A stretch of DNA of 64,000 nt. Origin: Hormiphora californensis (taxonomy: Eukaryota > Animalia > Ctenophora). The position numbers and the translations under genes are program-made. The notes beneath the pieces are model-generated. The model saw only the letters and a list, made by a program, of their open reading frames with translations. It did no database searches and was not told the origin of the DNA. The DNA lies in NCBI GenBank assembly GCA_020137815.1, contig CM035355.1:6510001-6574000 (forward strand), in the 5' to 3' direction. Positions 1-20,461 of the stretch are shown here, in pieces. Position 1 is the stretch's first letter. The number at the start of each line of letters is the position of its first letter.

Positions 1-3000
1 CCCCCCCCCTGCAGTTGTAAAACCCCCGGTACCCCGTGGGGGTTTGTTTGATTCGTCCTCTGAAAGTGATGAAGAAGAGGTGCAACCAGCTCCTAGAAAA
101 CCTACAGGTACAATGTGTGGGGGCTATAACAGTGGACTACGTTGCGACAGCAACCAATAAAACAATATTTAGTCTAGGATCACCAATACTGGATATGTAT
201 GTTCCAGCTGATGTAACACTGATACCTTCTCTCAGGGGGTGTTTCAATGTTTGGGCCAGGCGGGTTCGCTCCCAAGGTCATTAATGATAAGGATGCTGGC
301 CGTGATGATGTCATCGTCTCCTCTGATGGGGGATCAGCTGTAAGAGATTCCAACAAACCTACCAAGGTAAATTACATCATTATTAGTTCTTGTTACATCA
401 TTAATATCTGGAGATGGGATGTCTACACCTTTCTAACAAGCAATTAAATTGGGGCACGAAATGATGAAAATTAATTTCAGCTATTGATTCCAAATAGTAA
501 CCGCCCTTTCTCCCTACTGCAGGTGACTCAACAATCCGCCAAAATGAAGAGTCTCTTTGACACAGATGATGATGATTCTGAACCGGAGGAACCAAGGAAG
601 AGTGTTACACTTCCCAAGAAGTCTACCACAGCCCCGACAGGCCCCAAGAAGACTACCTCTGCTGCATCATCCGTTCTAGCTGCAGCAGCAAAGTCAGGTG
701 GATTGTTCGGGTCTTCGTCAGAGAGCGACGAAGAGATAACAACCCCTAAACCAGCTACTAGACCATCATCTAGAGTGGCTCTCCCTGGCATGACCGGAGA
801 TCAGGGGACTAAGAAAACACCGGTTGCTAAGACGGTTACCAAGGCGACGGTTGCTAAGAAGAAAGATGACCTGTTCGGATCATCGTCTGATGATGACGAT
901 GGTGGTTTGTTTGGTGGTCCAACAACCAAAGTAGCGCTTCCTGGACTTACTGATGTGAAACCGAGAGAGGAGATTAAAAAGGAGGTTAAAAAGGAGACGA
1001 AGAAGAACAAAGATAGCTTGTTTTCTAGTGATGATGAATCAATCGCTTCCCCTCCCAAGAAAAATATAGAAGCTCCTAAACCTGTAGTAGCAAGCTCGAA
1101 TCCCCCAGCTCCGGCCAAGAAAGTTGTTTCAGATCTGTTTGGATCGGATAGTGATGAAGGAGATGACTTTTCCTCAATGTTTGCTAAACCCGTTGCCAAG
1201 GTAACCAAAGAACAAAAAAACACCGGTGGTGTTAAGAAGAAGGGACTGTTTGATTCGGACAGTGAAGAAGAAAAAGAGGAAGAAGAGGTGAAGCCCAAAA
1301 CTGCTGCACTACCCCACAAGAAGGAACCACTGTTTGGTGATGATATAGTACAGCCTGATGGACAGCAAGAGAAGAATGTGAAACAGACAGATCCCCTGTT
1401 TGATTCTGATGATGATGGTGATAAGGTTGTGGCACCACCTCCCAAGAAATCCACTACCAAAGTGGTGAAAGTTAAGGATTCTCTCTTTGATTCAAGTAGT
1501 GAGAGTGAGTTGGCTCCTTCACCAGTCAAGAAACAGCCAACAGCTGCAGTAGACCCACTTAGTTCAGATCAGGAGAGGTTCCAACCACCAGCCATGACCC
1601 CTGATCCAGTTCAGAAGAAGTCACGTGATCAGAAGAAGTCACGTGACATTCTCTTTGATGAGAGTGAGGAAGAGGAAATAAAAGAGGTGGTGGTGGTTAA
1701 AAAGTCACGTGACACCTTGTTTGACAGTGATGATGAAGATGATGTTCCAGTTGTTGTTGAAGAGAGCAAGTCAGACTACCTGCAGAACACATCTGGAGAT
1801 GTTCCTGATATTCCCTCTGTTCACCCAACACCTGATCTGGATTCTTCGAAAGTGGACGATGTTCAATCATTAGGGGTGGAGGAAGTGGATAGCTCTAAAT
1901 CATCAGGGGTGAATTGAGGTGGTAAATTCTAATTCGGTAAAGGCAACAGGAGCGGTGAAAGATTCATTATTTGCTTCGTCAGATGAGGAAGAAGTAAAGC
2001 CTGTAAAGAAGTCTAGAGACGTGCTGTTTGACTCAGAGGAAGAGGAAACGGCAGCAGTATCTGAACCATCTCTACCGAGCAAGAAATCTAGAGATGGTTT
2101 ATTTGAGGAAGAGAAAGAGGAAACGGTAGCAGTATCTCAACCGACCAAGAAATCGAGAGACGCTTTGTTTGATGATGAAGAGATTAAACCTGTTAAGAAA
2201 TCGAGAGATGCTTTATTTGATGGCTCCTAGCGATGAGGGTGAGAGCTCACCGACCAAACCACCTCTGATAGAGTCTCGTGATGTCCTATTTGATGATGAA
2301 GAGCCTTCTCCCAAGATAGAACCAGTCCGCAAATCTAGAGACGCCTTGTTTGATGACTCAGAAGATGAACTAGCCGGATAAATCCTGTCAAGAAAGACAC
2401 CCTTTCTGGTGAAGGCAGTAGAGATGAGCTATTCGATGATGATGTCAAACCTTCGAGACTTCCTGAACCCTCTCAGGACAGTCTTATTGATAAAGATTTA
2501 CCGACTCAATCCGTCACTAAATCGAGTGATGCTTTGTTCCAGGAGTCTGGTAATAAAATCAAGGCGAAAGATCCTTTGTTCGATCCGGACGAAGATTTCG
2601 ATTTGTTCTCCGATCCTCCCAAGCAGCTAGGAAGCAAAAAGGTGACCAGAAAGAGGGCCCAAAAAGGGCCCTTCCTACAGATCCTCCTGCTGTTAAGAAG
2701 GGACTTTTCGATAGTGATAGTGAAGAATCGCCAACTAAACCCTCACCGCCAAAGACACAAAATAAAAAAGTAGAGTCTCTTTTTGACTCAGAGGTGCCTG
2801 ATTTCTCCCCACCTAAAAAGTCTAAAGACGATCTATTTGATGATACCTCCCCTGCTACAAAAGAATCCTCACCATCGACTAAGTCTTCAAATGATAAGAT
2901 AAGCAGGTTACAGGGCATGTTAAACCTAACACCTGGTATGTTAGGGGCAGGGGGTGCTCCCCCTCCTAGGAAACCCAAAACTACCCCTCCTACCAAAGAG

Positions 3001-4484
3001 GAGAATGATGAGGGAGAGGTGAAGGTTGTTGAGGCGGTGGTGCCGACAGTGGTAGCTGGTGAAGAGACGGGTGGAACAGCAGCTGTTCTTAGCTCTGTTA
3101 CCAAGGTAACAATCTTTTGACAACTCGTGTTTTGGCCCTTAAGGGACCCTTTAAGGGACCCTAGGAAGTTAAGGGACCCTTTAATGAGGTAGAACGAATC
3201 GTGAGCAGTACCGTCGTATCAGTTCGCCTTGTAATTTCCATAGGGTCCCTTAAAGGGTCCCTTAACTTTCTAGGGTCCCTTAAAGGGTCCCTTAAAGGGT
3301 CCCTAAAAGGGTCCCTTAAAGGGTCCCTTAACCGGTCGGGCTTCTTCTCACCTGCCCGTGTTTTTTATATAACTCATTTTGCCATTTCTACACTTCGATT
3401 TTACATTTTCAACACCCTTTTCTTTCCAGGGTCGAACAAGAAGGGGAGGTAGACGACCACCTACACGCCGCTCTGGACCAGCAACAACATCAACCACTGC
3501 TGCAGAAGAAGCACCAAAAACAACCCCTCCTGCAGCAATATCAACCCCTCCTGCAGAGACAACCCCAGCTCCTAATCCTACAGTGATCACAGCACCTCCT
3601 CCCCAAACTAAACAACCCAGTCTGTTTGATCCATTTGAAGATACCCCACCAGCCACCGCAGCTGCTGCAGCTAGACCCACTAGTTCCCCAGGCCCAACTA
3701 AACAGCCCAGTCTGTTTGATCCATTCGAAGATACCCCACCAACCACCGCAGCTAGACCCACTAGTGTGTCCACCAATAACAAGAATCAACCAGCTACCCC
3801 CAACAAGGGAGCAGATAAATCCCTGGGTGACATATTTGGTGATGACGATGATCTTGATCTGTTTGCTACACCGCCATCCTCCAGGTGAGACACGTTCACA
3901 AATTTTATTCTTGCCTTTTTCGTGTTTCGCAATTCGGTATGATGTAGAAAATGGTCTTCAATTTGATATCACGATATGTGAGATTCAATACCAAGGCAAT
4001 ATTTCACCTCCCCTTTGTCTGATTTTCTTTCTTGTTCAGCACGAGCACTGGTCAGAAAAAGAAGATAAAAGCCAAGAAGAAGGCATCTCTCTTTGATGAT
4101 GATGATTTTGATCTCTTTTCTTCAACTCCGGCTAAGGTAAGAAATATTCTAAATCTTCTGGATATCTATCTGATCTAGCCCCCTTTCTAGTTTCTCGCTC
4201 TGATTACAATACAACATCTGAGCACAGCAAGGATTGGGTCTCCAAGTTATTGCTAACTGCTAAGCATATTTTTATTTTCTACCCCATTGACCTAACACCT
4301 ATTCTCCACTATTTAGTCCTCAAAGAAGAAGGAACCCAAGAAGAAATCAGGATCAAGTAAACCAAAGAAAGATGCGGATTTTGATGACCCTTTGTTTGGA
4401 TTAAAATGTGAAATTGAACTGTGTCTGTTTTGTGTGAGATGTTTTTGTTTTCCATTATTGTTTTACAGATTTTATTTGGTGTGA
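1..4484 (+). CDS. WASHC2: FAM21/WASHC2-like WASH complex subunit, C-terminal LFa-repeat tail (5' end upstream of window; multi-exon; apparent frameshifts ~1915-2800)
   Basis: Dozens of L-F-acidic (LFa) motifs (GLFDSDSEEE, DLFGSDSDE). Splicing 3105^3431 gives a capping-protein-interaction motif, LSSVTK|GRTRRGGRRPPTR. C-terminal DFDDPLF. GT-AG introns. Confidence 0.85.
3139..3331. repeat. Foldback/MITE-like element built from aagggaccct / agggtccctt units, in a FAM21 intron
   Basis: The left arm (aagggaccctttaagggaccctaggaagttaagggaccct) is mirrored by right-arm tandem agggtcccttaa units. Confidence 0.6.
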
Positions 4485-4909
4485 GTTTTAAGTTTTACGT
4501 TTAATTCAACGAAAAGTGTGTTTTTAAGTTTCTAGAGTTTTTTGTTCCGGTATCATCTTGAAATAACGATGTTGTAACGCGCGATAACACGAATACAGAG
4601 GTGTGCGCGCGGTGTGATACCCAATATGGTGTGGTCCGAAACCAGACCTGATAAGGCCCGGTGTTCGGTGATCCGGTGCCCCGCCCTGGGAAACCGAACT
4701 ATGAGACAGATGTGAACCCCCATCTTCGGATTTTATCTCGAGAAGAAAGTGAATCAGCCATGGTTTCTGTCCGCCATGGTTTTGTTTCAAATAGAAAAGC
4801 GGATCTCTTGGCAATTAAATCGGACAAAAGTCATGTCAAACTACACACTAAGTAACACAGACAAAATTAAATCAGATCTCTCGATAGACAACACATTTAT
4901 TCTCTTAGT

Positions 4910-13327
<8,418 letters not shown>

Positions 13328-13382
13328 ACCAACGCGCTAGAGTAGGAAGTTGTGGTTAGTAAACATTGGAAAATAATTAATC

Positions 13383-13533
<151 letters not shown>

Positions 13534-14992
13534 TTATTCAACATGAATAAAATGAATAGAATCCATTTATCGGTAATTTATCGGTGGTGAACTCACACGG
13601 ACACAAGAGGGAAATAATTAGAACATTATATTCGTCCTTTTTATCTAAAATATTCTCCTCTCTTTCGGCCATATATATTTAGTTCCCTAAATATACCCTT
13701 GACACTACGACGAGAAATTCACACAACTATCACTCTTGCAGCATAGCGTGTGTTTTTGGATATATATATATATTTCAGTCTAGTTACACCAACTAGCACG
13801 AGGCAGTTAGACACGTTTAATTTGCAACATGTGCCACATGCCATTTGCACTTGCAGAGCTGCACTGGTGTCAGGAAATTAGGGCGACACCAGATAAACAG
13901 CAGGGCAACTAATTACCGTAACCAGCTATAAAACTGTGCTGTTGTTTACAAGCATCGGTACCACTCTCTTTCATGCTGTGTTATCCGTTTGCTATCCTAT
14001 TCCGTCGCTGTATATAATGACATGTTATATCTGCCAACAGAGCTTTGCTTTTCCTAGTTTTCTAAATCAGACTAACGGCAGCGTTTATTGTTATTTGCGT
14101 GCAATGTGCATTGAATATATAATTGATGACGCCGTTTTTCTAATGTAATATCCTCTCCCTCTCCATTCTCTTTAGCTTCATTATCCTAACATATATGTAT
14201 CTCCCTAGCTCTCTCCTCTTAGCTCATGGTATCCTTCTTTTTCTCCGTTTTCCGATTTAGTCCTGCATGATATAAATGTGTGTGTAAGCTACGGGGGAAG
14301 CTACGCCTGCACTGATAGACACTGTATACGCTACCTATATATGCTTATTAAATCGGACGACCGCCCAAAATTGTGACTATTTTAGTACATGTATTGTACA
14401 TTTGCACACTCTAGAATTCAATACCGACAACGTTCCTAACTTCGGCACTGACAGATGTGTATTTCCACTTTCGGACAGGCTATAGGGCGGAGTTTTCCAT
14501 TTTAATTTTAAGGCAATTTCCATTTTTGATTGCAAAGGAAGGCAATTTCCACTTTATTTTTGGGCGTGTAATTTGTTTTGTTTTTATAGAGCTCCATCCA
14601 GCAATTTCTTTGTGGAGTTCTTGTTAATTGTAACTCCTACTTTAATGACCCCATTCCACTAATTGTAACCCTTACTTCACCACTATTTCCAATTAATATC
14701 TGCCCACCCAGCTCTGTTATTACCCTCGATGGTAGGTGCAGCAAATTAACTTCGTGCAGACTTACTATCATCGCAGCCACAAATTACAAAACTAATAGCC
14801 TTTAATTTAGAAACTAAATAACGCCTCCTTCCGACAATTACCTGTGCATTTTGTTTTGAACTGCGTCTAGAAAACTGCCATGTTTCTGTGATGTTTTAGT
14901 TTGATAATTATTCAAATCGTGACGCACGCTAATCGCTATACTAATTCCTTCCTTCCGTAGACCACGGGAACCACTGATGATTATAATGTCTA

Positions 14993-17900
14993 ATGACCAT
15001 GCTGCTACTACCGATTTTCTTTCTATCTGTCCGCTGTGATCAGGAGGGGCTACCTCCCCGGTTATTCCAGGGGGACATTGTACATGATGATTTCGTGGAC
15101 CATACTTTTAGATCATCCATACTCCGCAAACAATCCTTACCCCGCAAACAACCCCCTTCAGAAGACCAGTACCTGTATTTAGAGTGTCCTCGACAAAGAC
15201 GCCGAGCAAGAAGAGCAACTGTGCTAGGAAAGGAAAGACTATGGCCGGACGGGGTTGTCTACTACACGTTTGATCCAAGCGTAACACCAAGCAAACGGTC
15301 AGTTATCCAACAAGCCATGTCCCACTGGGAATCTAACACGTGTATACGATTTGAACCCCGTGAAACAGAGTATGATTATCTCTCGTTTTATAACGGTCCA
15401 GGGTGTTTTACAGCGGTTGGGAAGGCAGGAGGTCTGCAGGGTGTCAGTATAAATGACGGTTGTAAGCACATGGGGACGATTGCACACGAGCTCGCACACG
15501 CCTTGGGGTTCTGGCATGAGCAAAGCCGACCTGATCGAGATGAGAGTGTTGAGATAGTCTGGGAGAACATAGAGCCTGGCCGGGAACACAACTTTAACAA
15601 GATGGACTTCACACAAGTTGATAGTCGGTCTGTTATCTACGATTATGGGTCTCTCATGCACTATGGTCCGTACAGTTTTGCCATTGATCCAACTAAGGCG
15701 ACCATCAAGGCAAGAAACGAGACAACGAAGAGAATGGGACAAAGATCCCGGCTAAGTGAGTTGGATATCCTCCAAGCAGAACGGATGTATTGTTGTCCAC
15801 GAGGGGTCTGTGCCAGCGAGAACCCGTGTCTGAGAGGCCTGTGCACGGAATCCCCACGACCACCGTATTACCGGTGTTCGTGTTTTACCGAGTGGTACGG
15901 CGTCAACTGTACCGTGAATGATGACAGATGTGCGATGCAGCCGTGTAGCAACGGGGTCTGTGTAAACGGAACTGCCGATGATTTCACGTGTGTCTGTGAT
16001 CAAGGATACGAGGGGCTGCTGTGTGATAAGGAGATAGATGAGTGTCAAGACTCGCCCTGTCTAAATGGGGGATCCTGTACGGATAAACTACTTGGCTACA
16101 CGTGTGAATGTGAAGAGGGATTCCGTGGCCAGCGGTGTGAGTACCTCAAATGCCCTCGGGGAATGTTTGGGTGTAAGAGTCGGAACACGTGTGTTTCCAC
16201 GGCAACAGTGTGTGATTTTAACAACGACTGTGGCGATGGAAGCGATGAAATGGAGTGTGGAAGTTGTGATTTCGAGGGTGGACAGCTGTGTGGATGGGGA
16301 AATGCAAGTGATGTGTGGCAATGGGGATTATCACGGGGAAGCACAGCCACACCTGATACAGGCCCGGATACGGATTACACAACCGGGACGGCACGGGGAG
16401 TGTATTTGTTGGCAGAGGGGGCCGAGAACGGGGGAGCAGAGACCGCTTCAGTCATCACAACTGTCCTAAAGACTGCAGCCACGGAGTGCTCCATGGAGTT
16501 CGCATACCACATGTTTGGAGAGGGCACTGGATCGCTGGTAGTCAACTTCAGGGACAGGGTTAGCGACCGGGAGTTGTTTCGAATCAGTGGTAACCAGGGA
16601 AACACATGGCATCGAACTCGCCTGGATATTGGCAAACAATTCTACTTCCAAATCTACATCACAGCCGTAACAGGGGACACCAGCGGCCCAGGTGACATTG
16701 CTATTGATGAAGTTACATTTTCAAACTGCCAAACCTTTGAGGACGTCAACGACTGCGAGGGAAATGGTTGTGTTCATGGACAGTGTCTGGACGGGGTTGG
16801 TCTCTACACGTGTCAATGCATGGCTGGCTACACAGGGGAGTTGTGTGAGACTGAGGTGGATGAGTGTGTGGGTAATTGGTGCACAGAACACGGGACATGT
16901 GTTGATCTTGTAAACGGCTACATGTGTGTCTGTCAGTACGGGTTTTTCGGGGATTACTGCGACATTGCCGCTAGTTTCATCTGTGATTTTCAGGACGGTC
17001 TTTGTGAACCGTGGCAGATTTCACAGGATGGAGGGTTTGAGTGGCAGTTGGGTCTCGGTCATACACCTTCCAAGGGAACAGGTCCCGAAGTCGACAGTAC
17101 AACAAACTCAAACACCGGTTACTACTTGTTTATCGAGGGCTCATCGCCACAGAAACCCGGGGACCGAGCAATTATTGAAATGGGTCCACTAACTCATTCC
17201 GAGGACACGTGCCGGGTATCCTTTGCCTATCACATGTATGGGAACACAATGGGTGAAATATCAGTCAGAGTCATACAGAACAGTGGCCCGTCGGAGATCA
17301 TTTGGAGCAAGAGTGGCGACCAAGGAAAGGATTGGCATATCGCCAATATCCAAATGGCAAATTTCACAAACTTCAAAGTTCAGATTATCGGTAAAGTGGG
17401 CACATTCTGGCAATCTGATGGTGCCATAGATGACCTGATGATATCGGGCCGGTGTGGCATCATTGACCCGTGTATAGGAGTTAACTGTGGACCAAACGGG
17501 TTTTGCCGGCGGCAGGGGGTTTCTCAGTACCAGTGTATCTGTATGAACGGCTGGCAGGGTAAAGGATGTGCAGTTCGGGTCAGTAGATGCCATTCACTCA
17601 AATGTCAGAACGAGGGGGTTTGTAAAGATCACGGAGGAGAGGCACCATTTTGTGACTGCAAACCAGGGTTCAGTGGAAAGGAGTGTGAGGTTCAGGAGTG
17701 TAATTTAGAGTGCATTCACGGTTTGTGCACGCACCCCGGACCTCGGTGTGATTGTACCACGGGTTACAGGGGTGAGTTGTGTGAGCTCATGTCGTGCCAA
17801 GATTTCAATCCTTGCTTCAACAATGGGAACTGTACAGAGGATGCAGAGGGATTTATCTGCCAGTGTCCAGAAGGGTATACCGGTGATTTGTGTGAGGATA

Positions 17901-18112
17901 ATACCAGTGTTGTAACTACACAGAGTCCAACTAACAGACATGATGTAGAGGAAAATGAGGTTGAAAAGATGGTAGTGACTCAAAAGCCTGAGCATGTGAA
18001 GTTAAATAATGATGGTAAAAAGCTTGTTGTTGTATCGAGTGTTAATGTGCGATTATTCAGTAATTTTACCTCCTTATTTGTATCTGTTATTGTTGTAATT
18101 ATTATTGTGTAG
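14993..18112 (+). CDS. Astacin (M12A) metalloprotease with EGF x3 - LDLa - MAM - EGF x2 - MAM - EGF x4 and a C-terminal hydrophobic anchor; intronless CDS
   Basis: Signal peptide, FQGDI aspartate switch, RRARR furin site, HELAHALGFWHEQSRPDRD zinc motif, SLMHY Met-turn, CDFNNDCGDGSDE (LDLa), two CDFE/CDFQ...IAIDE/AIDD MAM domains. Confidence 0.93.
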   Translation: MTMLLLPIFFLSVRCDQEGLPPRLFQGDIVHDDFVDHTFRSSILRKQSLPRKQPPSEDQYLYLECPRQRRRARRATVLGKERLWPDGVVYYTFDPSVTPSKRSVIQQAMSHWESNTCIRFEPRETEYDYLSFYNGPGCFTAVGKAGGLQGVSINDGCKHMGTIAHELAHALGFWHEQSRPDRDESVEIVWENIEPGREHNFNKMDFTQVDSRSVIYDYGSLMHYGPYSFAIDPTKATIKARNETTKRMGQRSRLSELDILQAERMYCCPRGVCASENPCLRGLCTESPRPPYYRCSCFTEWYGVNCTVNDDRCAMQPCSNGVCVNGTADDFTCVCDQGYEGLLCDKEIDECQDSPCLNGGSCTDKLLGYTCECEEGFRGQRCEYLKCPRGMFGCKSRNTCVSTATVCDFNNDCGDGSDEMECGSCDFEGGQLCGWGNASDVWQWGLSRGSTATPDTGPDTDYTTGTARGVYLLAEGAENGGAETASVITTVLKTAATECSMEFAYHMFGEGTGSLVVNFRDRVSDRELFRISGNQGNTWHRTRLDIGKQFYFQIYITAVTGDTSGPGDIAIDEVTFSNCQTFEDVNDCEGNGCVHGQCLDGVGLYTCQCMAGYTGELCETEVDECVGNWCTEHGTCVDLVNGYMCVCQYGFFGDYCDIAASFICDFQDGLCEPWQISQDGGFEWQLGLGHTPSKGTGPEVDSTTNSNTGYYLFIEGSSPQKPGDRAIIEMGPLTHSEDTCRVSFAYHMYGNTMGEISVRVIQNSGPSEIIWSKSGDQGKDWHIANIQMANFTNFKVQIIGKVGTFWQSDGAIDDLMISGRCGIIDPCIGVNCGPNGFCRRQGVSQYQCICMNGWQGKGCAVRVSRCHSLKCQNEGVCKDHGGEAPFCDCKPGFSGKECEVQECNLECIHGLCTHPGPRCDCTTGYRGELCELMSCQDFNPCFNNGNCTEDAEGFICQCPEGYTGDLCEDNTSVVTTQSPTNRHDVEENEVEKMVVTQKPEHVKLNNDGKKLVVVSSVNVRLFSNFTSLFVSVIVVIIIV

Positions 18113-18515
18113 AAATTCTAGGCATGCTTTTTAAAATCTAAGGAGTTTGATTTTGTACTTTATGCTAAATGTAACCATGTGACGATGATCATCTCACGAT
18201 TACCGCCGGGGTAGCACTGATGTAATGGCGAGGAGCTGCCGACCCTTGACGGAGCAGCAAAGTGGGAGAAATGACGGGAGCTGTTACACACACTGATGCA
18301 AAAACGACAAATGTGAATAATTAAATATAAATTTCATATACGTTTAAATTCAGTTACATTTCACACAGTTTAAAAGTTTAAAAGGGGCTTACAAGATACA
18401 CACACCTGACAAAAAGTCAGGATTTAAAATTGGATTTAAAAATAAATCGGGTTTACAAATTGGTTTAAAATGGCGCCACTGCCGTCACCGAGAGAGTTGA
18501 CTTCCCTTTCCAGTG

Positions 18516-20165
18516 TTACAGTTGAGACAGTTCATCTTCAGTATAGGAAATGTAAAGTTCCGGAGTCGGTGGCGGTGGTGCAGAGCGGTTGTACTGTGAC
18601 TGGGAGGAACTACCACGGCAGGCTTGAGAGAGCTTCTTAAAGAATTTCCAATCTCCATTCCACCAACTGAGAGGAAGGGCAAAACTCTTGTCGTCGATTT
18701 TTAATTCGAAATAGAAATGAATTTTGTTGACATCAAGACGATGAAGGTGGTTAGTAACTGATTTGTAGTGCAAGAGTAATATTTTAATCGGCTCTTTAGA
18801 CGAAGGGAAGACGGTAAATGTAGTGACACAATTTCCTTTTCCTGCCTTACAGGGGTCGTCTTCAGAAGGCTGCTTCATCAAGAAGGATACTCTTGTCTCC
18901 TTTATGCAATCAGATAGGGGGAAGGTGTTATTTGCTTTTGCAATCAGCAGTTCCTTTTCGTTTTTTGAATTAAACAATTCCCAACACCGCTTCGAAAATG
19001 TCTGCCCGCTAAAATCAAGTTTCAGTCCATACCCGGAAGGCCGACCGAACTTCTCCAACGCCTGTGTCAGGAGTTTTATGACATCCTGGTTTAGACTTTC
19101 ACTGCACCTCTGAAAAGTTGCCGTCTGTTTTGTTTCGTCATATTTGAGACCACGATAAAACTCCCAGAACAGTAGAGCATCAAGGATTTGTTCGTACCTC
19201 TGCACTCGGTTATCGTTTAGTACCAATTCTAACAGCTGCACTGGGCTCTTGCACTTCAGCAGATCCGATCCATCCATAAACACGGAAGTCACTTCTAAGG
19301 CGCCTTTTGGTGCGATTGGTGCGATCTTCGGTGCCGAGGTAGCAGGTACTGTTATAGGTGGGTGGAGGTGATCTGCATACACGCTTGTGGCGGAGGACCC
19401 TCCAAATTACAGTCTGCATCTGTTCATCTCCGTACGCTTCGAACAAATCCATCAGCTTGTCGAAATTATCCTCCTCTGTCTCTCTAAAGATGGCCAAGTT
19501 TTGTTCGGTGAAGATCCGACGCTCGTTTTCAGTGAGGCCACGTTCACTAAGGGACACTTCTTTTATTGCTTCGTACAATTCCCAGCAAGTTCTAGCTAAC
19601 CGATAGGGAGAGGCAGGCATCCGTGTAAACGTTGGACAGGTCATTAATTTTAAATGTGACGAAATGATGTATCAGTCCATCACGCATTTCCTGGGTTAAC
19701 TTCTTCTTTAAGATGGTCAGGAGTTTATAGCTTTTGAACTTCTCCAGTGCATCTAACCGCATTAACAAAGAACACCCAAGCGTTCTCAACACCCTTTAAA
19801 GAATCACACGACTTTCCGTAAACCTCTACGCATTTCTTTGCCAGCCAGTCAACTTTCAGAGTCTTGGAAATTGAGAAGAGTACTCTTGCATATTGTCCAG
19901 TAACAGCGATTGCTCCTGTGTAGCAACATTGGACAAAGCTCACCACAGCATCATCCTCGAAATCAGTCAGATCGACGTTTTTCGACCCAGACTCGCTAAT
20001 TTGCGCCATAATCACAGGACTATTCATCGCAATGACCATGGCATTGGCTTTGACTACCGTATCATCTTTTGTAGTAATCGTAAGGTCGTTGAAACCTCCA
20101 ATTGAAAGGAGCTGCTTGCCAAAATTGAGAGGCACAGAAAACTCGGTTGCTACTGCCACTGCCAT
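18516..20165 (-). pseudogene. BTB/POZ-domain protein, split by about three frameshifts (pseudogene or assembly indels)
   Basis: FNDLTITTKDDTVVKANAMVIAMNSPVI...FVQCCYTG BTB signature. Overlapping ORFs 19725-20228, 19592-19792, 19210-19644 and 18516-19382. Acceptor ctctcag just before the ATG. Confidence 0.65.
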
Positions 20166-20461
20166 AACCTGAGAGAAATTATTTTGAATCATAGATAGAA
20201 GTAACAAATTAATTTCTCTCACATACACGTATCTGGGGACAGCGGTCAGCGGGTCGTGATTAAAGTCTCCCTTTTGGCTTTTTAGTTTTTCGAACTTTTC
20301 AAGGTTTTCAAGGTTTTGAATTTTGAACTCAGCGGTATTTTTTTTCGATTTGATTCGCGCGCGTTTTGGCAGCGCTTTAAATGGATATTTAGCGCGTTAC
20401 AACGTTTCGTTGGTTTTGTAAAGCAGATTTATAATTTGTTTATTTTTTTTCGAAGCTAAAT

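Noticed and set aside
528-3789. Long antisense ORFs over FAM21; likewise 12492-13199 over ATAD5 and those over the astacin gene
   Set aside because: Shadow frames of low-complexity or codon-biased coding sequence.
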